Under the pieces are notes generated by a model. The model was not told where the DNA came from and searched no databases. It saw nothing but the letters and a program-made list of their open reading frames with translations. A DNA stretch of 64,000 nucleotides. Source: an uncultured Bacteroidia bacterium. GTDB lineage: Bacteria > Bacteroidota > Bacteroidia > Bacteroidales > UBA932. Position 1 is the stretch's first letter, and the number at the start of each line of letters is the position of its first letter. Made by a program: the position numbers and the translations under genes. This document shows positions 55,435 to 64,000 of this stretch, piece after piece. The stretch covers positions 31,360 to 95,359 of the forward strand of contig CACZKE010000010.1 of the NCBI GenBank assembly GCA_902781705.1, in the 5' to 3' direction.

Positions 55435-57450
55435 TTATTCCAGCCCGCGGGCGCGGAGGAGGGCCGACGGATCGGGATCCTCACCCATGAACTGGCGGAA
55501 GAGGACCATCGGCTCTTCGGAGCCGCCCTTCTCGAGGAAGGTCTGGCGGAAAGCCTTGTTGGTGGCGGGGTTGAAGACACCGTCGGCCTTGAACTTCTCC
55601 CAGGCATCCACGTCCAGGACCTCGGACCAGAGGTAGCTGTAGTAGCCGGCGCTGTAGCCGCTGTTGAAGATGTGGTTGAAGTAGGTGGTACGGTAGCGCG
55701 GAATGATCTCCTCGATGAGGCCCATTTCACCGCATACCTTCGTCTCGAAGTCGCGGATGGACTGGGCGTCGGTGAAATTGGCGAGGTCGTCGAGCGTGAG
55801 TTCGTGCCACTTCATGTCCAGGATGGAGGCGGCGCAAAGTTCGCCGGTCGTGAATCCCTGGTTGAATTTCAGGGAGTTTCCGATCTTCTCCACCAGGGCG
55901 GCCGGGATGGGCTCGCCGGTCTGCCAGTTATTGGCATAGGCCGCGAGGATTTCCGGTTCGAAAGCGAAGTTCTCGTTGAACTGGGAGAACATCTCCACGA
56001 AGTCGCGCTTGACGGACGTGCCGCTCACGGAAGGATAATGGCACTTCGTGAGGAAACCGTGCAGGGCATGGCCGAACTCATGGAAGGCGGTCTGGACCTG
56101 GTCGATGGTGAGCATCGACGGAAGCTCCTCCGTCGGGGGGACGAAGTTGCAGACGTTCACGATGATGGGACGGACGTCGACAGATTTCTCGACTCCGCTC
56201 GAAATGACAGAATCGACATACTGGTCCCGGAAGTTGTTCATCCAGGCGCCGCCGCGCTTGGTGTCGCGGGAGTACCAGTCCTGGTAGAAGATGCCCAGCA
56301 GGGAGCCGTCGGCATCCGTGAGTTTGTAGGCCTTCACGACGGGGTTATAGACCTCCACCTCGGGAGCGGGTTCCACGTTCACGCCATAGACCTTCTTGGC
56401 GGCGTAAAAAACACCCTTGGAGACGCTGTCAGCCTGGAAATAGGGCTTAGTGACGGACTCGTCCAGGTCGTACTTAAGGGCACGAACCTTCTCGGCATAG
56501 TAGAACCAGTCCCAGGGCTCGATTTCGTGACCGGCAACGGCCTCCATGTCGGCCATTTCCTCGCGGGCCTTCCGCATGGAAGCGTCCATGATGGGCTTCA
56601 GGAAGGCATCGACGGTCTCCGGATCGCCGGCCATCTTGTCGGCGAGGAGGTATTCGGCAGAATTCTTGTAACCCAGCAGGTTGGCCTTCTCCGTCCGGAG
56701 TTTCATGATCTCCAGGACGATGGCGTTGTTGTCATACTCGTTTCCGTTGTTGCAGCGGTTGGAGTAGGCCTTGAAGGCCTTCTCGCGCAGGGCCCGGTCC
56801 TCACAGGTGGTCATGAAGGCCGGATACTCGGACACGGTCACGCCGATGGCGTCGCGGAAGGCGTTGTTCTCCGCCAGGAGGTTCTGGCCGAACTTCTGGC
56901 TCAGGACCGCGAGGCGGGAATTGATCTCCGCGAAACGGGCCTTGCCCGCGGCGTCCAGGCCCACGCCGTTGCGCTCGAAGCGCTGGTAGAGCTTGGTCGT
57001 CACCATCTGCTGCTCCCGGTCCAGGCCGGACATGTCGTCATACACCGCCTTCACGCGGGCGAAGAGCGCCTCGTTCATGAAGATGGCGTCGTCGGCCTCC
57101 GTCATGATCGGGGTGATTTCCTCCTCCACGGCCTGCATGGCCGGGGTAGAATCGGACTCGGAAAGGTTGTAGAACACGCCGGAAACCTTCGTCAGGAGCT
57201 TTCCCGCGCGTTCGTAAGCAGCGATTGTATTCTCGAAGGTGGGAGCCTCCGGATTGGCGACGATCGCGTCGATTTCGGCCTTCTGCGCCTCGATGCCGGC
57301 CTTGACGGCGGGAACGTAATCCTCCACCGCAATCTTGCTGAACGGAGCCGTCCCGTAGGGGGTGTTCCACTCCTCGTCAAATATCTTCCCGGCCTTCGGG
57401 CCGCACGCTGCCGTCATCATCACCATCAAAAGTAAAGCTGTCTTCTTCAT
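55435..57450 (-). CDS. dcp: M3-family peptidyl-dipeptidase (Dcp)
   Basis: HEFGHALHG zinc motif. Lipoprotein-type signal. 671 aa. Carries an in-frame copy of the 27-nt repeat. Confidence 0.88.
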   Translation of the reverse strand: MKKTALLLMVMMTAACGPKAGKIFDEEWNTPYGTAPFSKIAVEDYVPAVKAGIEAQKAEIDAIVANPEAPTFENTIAAYERAGKLLTKVSGVFYNLSESDSTPAMQAVEEEITPIMTEADDAIFMNEALFARVKAVYDDMSGLDREQQMVTTKLYQRFERNGVGLDAAGKARFAEINSRLAVLSQKFGQNLLAENNAFRDAIGVTVSEYPAFMTTCEDRALREKAFKAYSNRCNNGNEYDNNAIVLEIMKLRTEKANLLGYKNSAEYLLADKMAGDPETVDAFLKPIMDASMRKAREEMADMEAVAGHEIEPWDWFYYAEKVRALKYDLDESVTKPYFQADSVSKGVFYAAKKVYGVNVEPAPEVEVYNPVVKAYKLTDADGSLLGIFYQDWYSRDTKRGGAWMNNFRDQYVDSVISSGVEKSVDVRPIIVNVCNFVPPTEELPSMLTIDQVQTAFHEFGHALHGFLTKCHYPSVSGTSVKRDFVEMFSQFNENFAFEPEILAAYANNWQTGEPIPAALVEKIGNSLKFNQGFTTGELCAASILDMKWHELTLDDLANFTDAQSIRDFETKVCGEMGLIEEIIPRYRTTYFNHIFNSGYSAGYYSYLWSEVLDVDAWEKFKADGVFNPATNKAFRQTFLEKGGSEEPMVLFRQFMGEDPDPSALLRARGLE
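56182..56210 (+). repeat. 27-nt repeat family, in-frame copy inside dcp (antisense to the gene)
   Basis: AGATTTCTCGACTCCGCTCGAAATGACAG. It is read on the minus strand as ...SVISSGVEKSV... within Dcp. Confidence 0.85.
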
Positions 57451-57456
57451 AAAGGA

Positions 57457-58551
57457 TTATTTCTGGATCTTCACGCTGTTTTCGTCCACCAGGGCCAACT
57501 GGGCAGCTCCGTTGTACACGGTCAGGATACCCGTCGCCGAGCAAAGCGCGCCGTCCCGCTCGGAGGGATTGCCGAGGATGGCCGGGTCGATGGCCGTATC
57601 CGCGAACTTCGCATAGCCGCTGGTGCGGATCTGGACCGACTGGCCGCCGGGCATGTGGAAGTAGTGGCTGGTGGTGATGGCGGTGGCATTGGCCCGGATG
57701 GTCTGCTTGACCGTCAGACCGGTCTTCTCGTCGAAGATGTCGTCCATTCCCTTGTCGGAACTGCCGCAACTGTCGAAGCAACCGTTGTCCAGGTACTCCA
57801 GGAACTTGTTCTTGGACATCGCCCAGGTATTCACGCCGAAGGTCTGCGTAGAGCAGAACACCCGGTTGGTGGACGCTTTCTTGTCCTTGTACGGATCGAT
57901 GTAGATGAGGATGAAGATACGCTTGTACGCCTCCGTATTGTACTCGGGCTCAGCGCCGTACTGGAGGTCCTCGATGGTCACGAGTTGCCCCCAGAGTTTG
58001 TTCGTGTAGCCCTCGGCGATGGCCGCCTTGAGTTCCTCCTCCGTGACAAGCGTCGGAGCGACAGGGTCGCCCCAGGCGCCCCGGATCACATGGGCATCGA
58101 TCAGATAGCGGCTGTCCAGGTAGGCGGTCTCATACTCGCCGGTCGGATCCTCCACACCCAGTTGGGGCATGCCGTTGTAACTGCCGATGGTCAGGCCGCC
58201 GCAGCGGACATACACCGTCTGGCCCAGTTTGTAATCGCTGTACAGGGAGGACAGGCCGATCTTGACGCTGATCACGCCCGTCTCGTCCTGGATATACAGT
58301 TCCCGGTAGATGTTGCCGGAATGGTCGTCGGAAATGACCTTGCCCGCGATGACCATGTCGTCGTCCTCGATCTTGAGGGCGCCGTCCTTCGCATACAGGG
58401 CCTTGAGTTCGGCAATGGTCGCGGTCACTTCCAGTTTTCCGGGTTCGTACATGTACACGTCGTCATACTCCGTCGTGAACACCGGCTCCCACTCGCGGCA
58501 GGAGACAAGGGCCGCAAGGGCCGCTGCAATGAAAATAAGGGTCTTTTTCAT
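57457..58551 (-). CDS. Surface lipoprotein of unknown function (possibly the ligand-binding partner of the adjacent TonB-dependent receptor)
   Basis: Signal MKKTLIFIAAALAALVSC. 364 aa. 3-nt gap to the receptor gene. Assignment to a DUF5689-type family is from my memory of similar neighbourhoods and is not demonstrable here. Confidence 0.6.
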   Translation of the reverse strand: MKKTLIFIAAALAALVSCREWEPVFTTEYDDVYMYEPGKLEVTATIAELKALYAKDGALKIEDDDMVIAGKVISDDHSGNIYRELYIQDETGVISVKIGLSSLYSDYKLGQTVYVRCGGLTIGSYNGMPQLGVEDPTGEYETAYLDSRYLIDAHVIRGAWGDPVAPTLVTEEELKAAIAEGYTNKLWGQLVTIEDLQYGAEPEYNTEAYKRIFILIYIDPYKDKKASTNRVFCSTQTFGVNTWAMSKNKFLEYLDNGCFDSCGSSDKGMDDIFDEKTGLTVKQTIRANATAITTSHYFHMPGGQSVQIRTSGYAKFADTAIDPAILGNPSERDGALCSATGILTVYNGAAQLALVDENSVKIQK

Positions 58552-58554
58552 GGC

Positions 58555-61449
58555 CTAGAACCGGAAATAGATGTTCAACATGTAATTGAATCCGCTCATG
58601 TAGAAGTACTTGGGGTCGAAGCGGTAGAACTGCTCCTTCGCCACGGTGTTCTCCACGATGCGGGTCTGCTCGTAACCGCCGGTCTTCACCCACTTGTTGT
58701 TCAGGAGGTTCTTGGCGTTCAGGGAGAAGCCCAGTTGGTATTTCCGCTGGATGTACCAGGACTTGCCCACGGAGAAGTTCAGCAGCCACTGCGGGGCGAA
58801 TTTCTCCTGGGCGGCCATGTACTCGACCTCCTGGGGAGTCACGATCCGGTCGGGACCCGCCGTCACGTAGTCCGTGCGGTAGAGCGGGTTCATGGACAGG
58901 TAGGAATGTCCGAAGTAGTCGATGTCGGCATCCACGAACCAGTAGTTCCAGTTCCAGGCGAGACCCAGGCTCACGGCCAGTTGCGGGGTGGATTCCACGT
59001 AGTGGCGCTGCACGCCGCCGTCCGCCGTCGGATGGCTCTTCCAGTAAGGGATCACCACACCGTAGGTTTCCGGGACGATGGAGGCGTTGTTGTCGATGGT
59101 CTGGTACATCTTCGGATTGGACGTGTAGTAGTACTCGCCATAGCCGATGACGCCCTGCAGGGCCAGGTTCGGGAAATCGGTCGGGATCTTGAAGCCCATC
59201 TCCATGCCCACGTGGCGCTCGTCGATGCCGGTGAGGGCGAAGTTCGTGAAGGAATTCTGCCCGTCGTCATAGAAACTCATCACCTTGCTCTGGTCCATGA
59301 TATCGGTATAGTAACCGGTGATGCGGAAGTTGTACCCGTTGGAGGACACCTGGTAGTTGATGTCGCCGGTGAGCGTCTTCACGGTGGTCAGCTCCGGAGC
59401 CACGGAGTTGCGGGTGCGCGGAGACATGAACGCCTGACTGAAAGTAGGCGCGTCGTTGAAATAGCCCGCATTGGCATAGAAGCGGTGACCGCCGGGAAGG
59501 ATGTAGTTCAGGTTCACCTTCCCTGCATAGGTCAGGAAGTCCACGACCTTGGACTTGCCGTAGGACGTGATCGGATCGCCGTTCTCGTCATAGGTAGTCA
59601 CTTCGCGGCCATTGATCACATACGGGGTGCCGTCGTCATTCACGCCCGGGAAGAGGCCTTTGCGGTTCAGGCCGTGGCGCCAGAAGGCGGTGCGGCCCAC
59701 GCGGCCGCCGGCCGTCATCTCGAAGTTGCCGACGTTCAGTTTGCCGGACAGCCAGCCGTTCCACTTGCGGACATTGGCATAATAGTCGTACCCGTACTTG
59801 TCCCCGACGCGGATCTTCTGCGCGGTACCGTTCTTCATCCAGTACTCCAGGTCGTTCTGGGTCATGTACGGGAAGGCGGCGTAGTCGCGCTCCGCGAAGG
59901 AGTCCATGTTGTAGAAGTAATCGCCGCCCAGCAGGTCGTCCATCTTCTGGTAGTACTCCGTCCGGTTCATCTTCGCGTCGAAGCCGCCGGTGAAGGTAAG
60001 CCACCGGGCCGCCCGCCACTTGAAGTTCAGAGCGAAGTTCAGGTCCTGCTGGTCCACCCGCCGCTCCTGGAGGGCGTACTTGGAACGGCGCTCGCCGTCC
60101 TCGACGTTGAGTTTGTTCACGGCATAGAGACGGTCCCAGTTCACATGGGCGTAATTGTCCAGGTTCTTCGTCCAGGCCTCGGCCGCCCAGGCCGCCTTCA
60201 TCGGATTCAGGCGGTTCATGTCGCCGACATCCATGTAGAAGTAGCTCGGGAGGTTCCGGTAATAGTCCGGACGCGGATCCTGCGCATCGTACCAGTCCAG
60301 GGCCGTGTAGCCGTTCTTGCCGAAGCGGTACAGGACCGTGGCGGCGGCGTTGAACGCCTGGGACGGCGTGAAGTCGTACTTGAGGATGGCGATGGGCTCA
60401 TGCGTCTTGCGGACGCGGGAGTTGCGGACCTTGCCGTTCTGGTAACCCCAGTTGGAGTTGTACATGTTGTCGCCCATGAGGTCATACACCTCCTGGGTGG
60501 AAGCGTTCTGCGCACCGCGCTCGCCGGGCGTGCCCATGATCACGGCTCCCAACTTGTGGGCGTCGTTGAACTGCTTCTCCACGGCCGCATAGTAGGCAAA
60601 CGAACGGTAGTACACGCCCTGGATCCAGTCGTTGCCGCCCAGGCGGGCGGAAACGTTGAAGGCGTAGGACCAGCCGTTGTCCTGCGGACCGGAAGCGTAC
60701 GTCATCATCAGGCGCAGCCGGTAGAGCTGGCTGTTGGTGAGGACGCTGCCCCGCCAGCCCTTGCGCACGGACAGGGCGTTCACCGGGATGTTGGTGAGGC
60801 CGTTGTAGCCGCCGATCCCATAGTCCGAAATCTCGGCGCCGTTCACGGTGTACTTGGTGCGGGTGGCTTCATTAAGGCCGCTCCACAGGGAAAAAGGAGA
60901 GTATCCCGTGATGGCGTCGTTCATCTTGACGCCCGCAAGATACACGTCCTGGGACTCGGAGGAGTATCCCCTCACCCGGTAACGGACGGAACTGAAGTTG
61001 TATCCGGCCATGTTGTTGAACACGTCGTTCTGCCCGAACAGGACGGTCGGGGAATCGCTGTAACCGGTATCGTCCATGTCGAACTCCACCATGTTGTCCG
61101 CATCGACTTCGCTCACGATGGCCCCGCGCGTCATGGAGAGGTTGAACATATTCTTGACATAACCGTCGTTGACGGTGACGTTGACCCGGGTTTCCAGGTA
61201 TTCCGGTGCATAGATGACCAGGTCATAGACGCCGTTGACGAGGTCCTCGATGAGGAAACGGCCGTTCTCGTCCACGGCTGCGGTAGCCACCAGCGTGGTA
61301 CCCTGGTAGAGTTCCAGCACCGCGTCCGGAATCGGCGTCCGGTCGGCACGGCTGACCACCGTTCCCCGCACGCCGCCGGTGTACGTCTGGGCGGAAAGGC
61401 CCACGGCGTACAGGAGGGTGACAAGTGCTATGGTTATTCTCTTGAACAT
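58555..61449 (-). CDS. TonB-dependent outer-membrane receptor with N-terminal carboxypeptidase-regulatory-like domain
   Basis: Signal peptide, CarboxypepD_reg-like GTVVSRADRTPIPDAVLELY...GRFLIEDL, long beta-barrel and C-terminal ...NIYFRF. Confidence 0.85.
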   Translation of the reverse strand: MFKRITIALVTLLYAVGLSAQTYTGGVRGTVVSRADRTPIPDAVLELYQGTTLVATAAVDENGRFLIEDLVNGVYDLVIYAPEYLETRVNVTVNDGYVKNMFNLSMTRGAIVSEVDADNMVEFDMDDTGYSDSPTVLFGQNDVFNNMAGYNFSSVRYRVRGYSSESQDVYLAGVKMNDAITGYSPFSLWSGLNEATRTKYTVNGAEISDYGIGGYNGLTNIPVNALSVRKGWRGSVLTNSQLYRLRLMMTYASGPQDNGWSYAFNVSARLGGNDWIQGVYYRSFAYYAAVEKQFNDAHKLGAVIMGTPGERGAQNASTQEVYDLMGDNMYNSNWGYQNGKVRNSRVRKTHEPIAILKYDFTPSQAFNAAATVLYRFGKNGYTALDWYDAQDPRPDYYRNLPSYFYMDVGDMNRLNPMKAAWAAEAWTKNLDNYAHVNWDRLYAVNKLNVEDGERRSKYALQERRVDQQDLNFALNFKWRAARWLTFTGGFDAKMNRTEYYQKMDDLLGGDYFYNMDSFAERDYAAFPYMTQNDLEYWMKNGTAQKIRVGDKYGYDYYANVRKWNGWLSGKLNVGNFEMTAGGRVGRTAFWRHGLNRKGLFPGVNDDGTPYVINGREVTTYDENGDPITSYGKSKVVDFLTYAGKVNLNYILPGGHRFYANAGYFNDAPTFSQAFMSPRTRNSVAPELTTVKTLTGDINYQVSSNGYNFRITGYYTDIMDQSKVMSFYDDGQNSFTNFALTGIDERHVGMEMGFKIPTDFPNLALQGVIGYGEYYYTSNPKMYQTIDNNASIVPETYGVVIPYWKSHPTADGGVQRHYVESTPQLAVSLGLAWNWNYWFVDADIDYFGHSYLSMNPLYRTDYVTAGPDRIVTPQEVEYMAAQEKFAPQWLLNFSVGKSWYIQRKYQLGFSLNAKNLLNNKWVKTGGYEQTRIVENTVAKEQFYRFDPKYFYMSGFNYMLNIYFRF

Positions 61450-61453
61450 AGGC

Positions 61454-62533
61454 TTACTTGTTGCTTACTACAATATAGGTCGGATAGTGGTCGCTGAAGC
61501 CGCCCACGAACGCACCGTTGGAGAAGGTGCGGAACGGCTGCCCCTTGTACTGGCCTTCCTGCTGGGTCATGAAGGGCTGCTGGAAAATGCGGCCATAGTA
61601 CTTTTTCTTGACGATGGGCTGGATCTTCAGCGTCCCCTTCGGCGCGTTCAGGAGGTTGTAATTGACCACCAGGATGTCGTAGATGTTGTTCTCGCCCCGG
61701 TAGTACAGGGAACTGTAGCCGGCCTTGAGCATGGACAGGAACGGGGAGAAGAAATCCTCCGGGCCCACCTCTTCCACTTTCTCGCGGCCGCGCATGTACA
61801 CGGCCATGCTGTCGTCGGTGGGGTTGTCGTTCATATCGCCCATGGCGACGATCTTGATGCCGGGGAATTCCTTCATCAGGCGCGCGCTTTCTTCATACAT
61901 GATCTCGCCGCCGCGGGAGCGGAGGGCGCCGCTCTTGGCACCCAGGCGGGACGGAAGGTGCGCCACGAAGAAGGCGAACATTTCCCCGCCCAGCAGGCCG
62001 CGGACCATCAGGATGTCACGGGTGCGGAAAGCATCCTTCTCCTCCGGGGTCATCCCGAAGTCGAGGGCGCTGTCGAAGGTGAATGGAATGGACTTGGACT
62101 CCAGGACCGTGAACAGTTCCGGCCGGTACAGCAGGGCGACGTCCACGCCGCGGCGGTCCGGACCGTCATAATGGACGATCTGGAAATTCGCATCGGCGAT
62201 GGCGGGCTCGATCACGAGGTCCTCCAGCACGTGGCGGTTCTCGATCTCGGAAACGCCCAGGACCGCGTGGTAGGCCTTGTTCTCATCCCGCATGGCCCGG
62301 ATCACCCGCGCCATGTTGGAGAGCTTCTTGGCATACTTGAAATCGGTCCATTCGTTGGCGCCGTCAGGGAGGTACTCGTAGTCGTTCTTCCCTTCGTCGT
62401 GGTAGGTGTCAAAGAGGTTCTCCAGGTTGTAGAACCCGATGACATAGTTCTTCTGGCCGCTCTGGGCAAGCGCCGGGACGACGGCGAGAAGAAGGGCAAG
62501 GATGGTCAGGTATCTTTTCATCACATTACTCAT
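61454..62533 (-). CDS. Secreted endonuclease/exonuclease/phosphatase (EEP) family protein
   Basis: Signal peptide, N-terminal GFYNLENLFD and C-terminal FSDHYP, as in EEP nucleases/phosphodiesterases. Confidence 0.8.
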   Translation of the reverse strand: MSNVMKRYLTILALLLAVVPALAQSGQKNYVIGFYNLENLFDTYHDEGKNDYEYLPDGANEWTDFKYAKKLSNMARVIRAMRDENKAYHAVLGVSEIENRHVLEDLVIEPAIADANFQIVHYDGPDRRGVDVALLYRPELFTVLESKSIPFTFDSALDFGMTPEEKDAFRTRDILMVRGLLGGEMFAFFVAHLPSRLGAKSGALRSRGGEIMYEESARLMKEFPGIKIVAMGDMNDNPTDDSMAVYMRGREKVEEVGPEDFFSPFLSMLKAGYSSLYYRGENNIYDILVVNYNLLNAPKGTLKIQPIVKKKYYGRIFQQPFMTQQEGQYKGQPFRTFSNGAFVGGFSDHYPTYIVVSNK

Positions 62534-62534
62534 T

Positions 62535-63695
62535 TTAATTCCACCACCAGTTCACGGAATTCGGGTTCTCCGTCTCCACGGCCGCGGCGACGCCGTCACC
62601 GACAGCGCCGGGCAGGTTCACGAAGAAGTTGATTCCAAGCTTGTTCTCCAGATCCCGGATGGACATCACGGAAGGATGGTTCTTCGCGACGGTCTCGCCC
62701 GGGTTCGCCGTATGCTCCAGATACACGGCGCAGCCGCGATAGCCGCCGTTGGAGCCGTAGGAGGAACTGTAACTGAGGACCGTCTTGTAGTAAGCCGCCG
62801 GAACCGCGACACGCTTGCCGTCGATGTCCGTGGTCTTCTCGGGATTTTCGCCCACCACGCAGCCCGTCACCACATACAGGGTGTCGCTCTTGGCCGCCCA
62901 GCCGCGCACGGACTCTTCCAGGCGGGCCCAGATCTGCTCGTTGAAACTGTAGTTCTGGGGCGTCATGTTCGTGCCGTAGAACGTGGCAAGGTTGGCATTG
63001 TAGTTCAACCGGTCGGCCGACGGGATCTGGTGTCCGCGCGCCCAGCCACCCCGGAAGGTGCCGGTTACGTTGGGCTGCTTGCTCGAAGGAAGGAGCGGAT
63101 CCAGGGCCCAGGCATTGGTCCGGCTTCCGGTACCGCGAAGCGCGGTGTTCAGCGGATAGGCCACCCAGTGGGACACGAGATTCGAATAATCCCAGTAGAA
63201 GGAGTAGTTGCGGCCGGAGTAACCGGTCTGGCTCATGGTGTGCCAGAAGAAGTTCAGGCCGTCGTCGTCCCGGGTCTCGGGCAGTTCCATCCAGCCTTTC
63301 CGGGTGGAGGATCCGCCGTTGATCTCGGGTTCGGGTTCGTCGGAAGGGGCATTCTGGAAGAGGGTCACCACGATGGACTTCCCTTCGGAGAGAAGGACGA
63401 TGTCTGCCTGACGGGCGTCATCGCCGGTATTGGTATCGTAGGACAGGGCGATGGAGTGGGAGTTACCCCTCCCCTTGTCCGGAGTGATCTGGATCCAGTC
63501 CGCCGTCGTGGAAAGCGTCCACTTCCCCGTGGTCGTCACTTCGAGGAACTGGCTTCCCTTCCGGCTGGACACGGTGGCCTTCGCCAGGGACAGCGTCGGG
63601 TCCGGGATGACGGGTTCCTCTTCGCAGGATACCGCCCCGAAGGCCGCGAGGCCGACGATGGCAAGGCCCAGGATATGTCTGAATCGTTTCAACAT
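62535..63695 (-). CDS. Lipoprotein DNA/RNA non-specific endonuclease (NUC/Serratia-nuclease family) with an N-terminal Ig/BACON-like domain
   Basis: Lipobox AFGAVSC. Catalytic WARGHQIPSADR and NMTPQNYSFNEQIWARLE motifs. Confidence 0.85.
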   Translation of the reverse strand: MLKRFRHILGLAIVGLAAFGAVSCEEEPVIPDPTLSLAKATVSSRKGSQFLEVTTTGKWTLSTTADWIQITPDKGRGNSHSIALSYDTNTGDDARQADIVLLSEGKSIVVTLFQNAPSDEPEPEINGGSSTRKGWMELPETRDDDGLNFFWHTMSQTGYSGRNYSFYWDYSNLVSHWVAYPLNTALRGTGSRTNAWALDPLLPSSKQPNVTGTFRGGWARGHQIPSADRLNYNANLATFYGTNMTPQNYSFNEQIWARLEESVRGWAAKSDTLYVVTGCVVGENPEKTTDIDGKRVAVPAAYYKTVLSYSSSYGSNGGYRGCAVYLEHTANPGETVAKNHPSVMSIRDLENKLGINFFVNLPGAVGDGVAAAVETENPNSVNWWWN

Positions 63696-63706
63696 ACGCC
63701 CGTTTC

Positions 63707-64000
63707 CTATTCAAATTCGATGGTGACACCCGATATCCGCACCTGGGCCGCCGTGGCATGGAGGACCACCTTGCCGGCGGAGCCGCTCCACGTGACGGTG
63801 AGGGCAGCCTTGTCGGCCGTAGCGCCGCTGCCCCCTTCCAGACCCGTCATGTCCACGCAGTACTGACCGTTGCCGGTACCGGGGGTCGTCATGACGATCT
63901 TCTTGAACTTCTTCCCATCCGGTGCCGTAAAGGCCAGGGCGGAATTCTTGTAAATGCGCACTTCGCTATCCTTCGGAGCGACTGCGGCACTGGTAGAGGT
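63707..64000 (-). CDS. Hypothetical protein, C-terminal fragment (5' end outside window)
   Basis: The frame stays open to the window edge. TAG stop at 63707-63709. First gene of the nuclease operon as far as is visible. Confidence 0.5.
   Translation of the reverse strand, partial: TSTSAAVAPKDSEVRIYKNSALAFTAPDGKKFKKIVMTTPGTGNGQYCVDMTGLEGGSGATADKAALTVTWSGSAGKVVLHATAAQVRISGVTIEFE

Noticed and set aside
57655-61497. A 1280-aa plus-strand ORF.
   Set aside because: It is antisense to the TonB-dependent receptor and lipoprotein genes and shows the same GC3 artefact. It has no motifs and crosses a real gene boundary.
1-64000. A search of intergenic spacers for tRNA, rRNA, tmRNA, riboswitch-like leaders or CRISPR arrays.
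   Set aside because: All spacers longer than 60 bp were read (1657-1758, 6280-6486, 7998-8066, 11286-11421, 12877-12991, 25524-25615, 26243-26364, 27016-27106, 30362-30458, 32616-32702, 43604-43727, 55325-55434). None shows a cloverleaf or known RNA-gene signature. They contain promoters, terminators or the repeats reported above. Without a covariance-model scan, small RNAs cannot be excluded.

Overview
High-GC (about 60%) chromosomal segment with Bacteroidota/Bacteroidales hallmarks: TAnnTTTG -7 promoter boxes, many lipoprotein signal peptides and a CarboxypepD_reg-type TonB-dependent receptor. The genus cannot be determined from the sequence alone. I call about 50 protein-coding genes and find no rRNA, tRNA or CRISPR. 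Gene content, left to right: (1) exbB(partial)-exbD-exbD, asnS, udk, a TonB-like protein, recJ, an OMP, an MBL hydrolase, two tandem deoxynucleoside kinases and an acyl-CoA ligase. (2) A RAYT-like HUH transposase plus a small unknown gene, bracketed by double-hairpin REPIN-like repeats, with a third copy 5 kb away. (3) A MacB-type ABC/FtsX/HlyD/TolC efflux operon. (4) Polyprenyl synthase, U32 peptidase, a secreted EEP enzyme, a histidine-phosphatase::phosphodiester-glycosidase fusion, S41 protease, rdgB and recO. (5) A 1084-aa five-module flavo-iron-sulfur oxidoreductase, then rnr. (6) A glycan (mannoside/N-glycan-type) catabolic cluster: GH3, GH2, three GH92, GH125, GH130, an FGE::BNR fusion, a ROK kinase and manA. 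This cluster is split by a low-GC type II restriction-modification islet, a stand-alone Rnl2-like RNA ligase and an unknown divergent gene. (7) dcp, followed by a SusD-less nucleic-acid scavenging operon (nuclease, EEP, TonB-dependent receptor, lipoprotein). The most notable non-genic signals are: the REPIN/RAYT module; a 27-nt repeat present at four loci, two of them in-frame inside the lacZ-like and dcp coding sequences; two 110-bp long-palindrome elements that exactly fill convergent gene junctions; and a 118-nt structure closed by a perfect 25-bp inverted repeat between rdgB and recO. The many very long ORFs antisense to real genes are treated as GC-composition artefacts.
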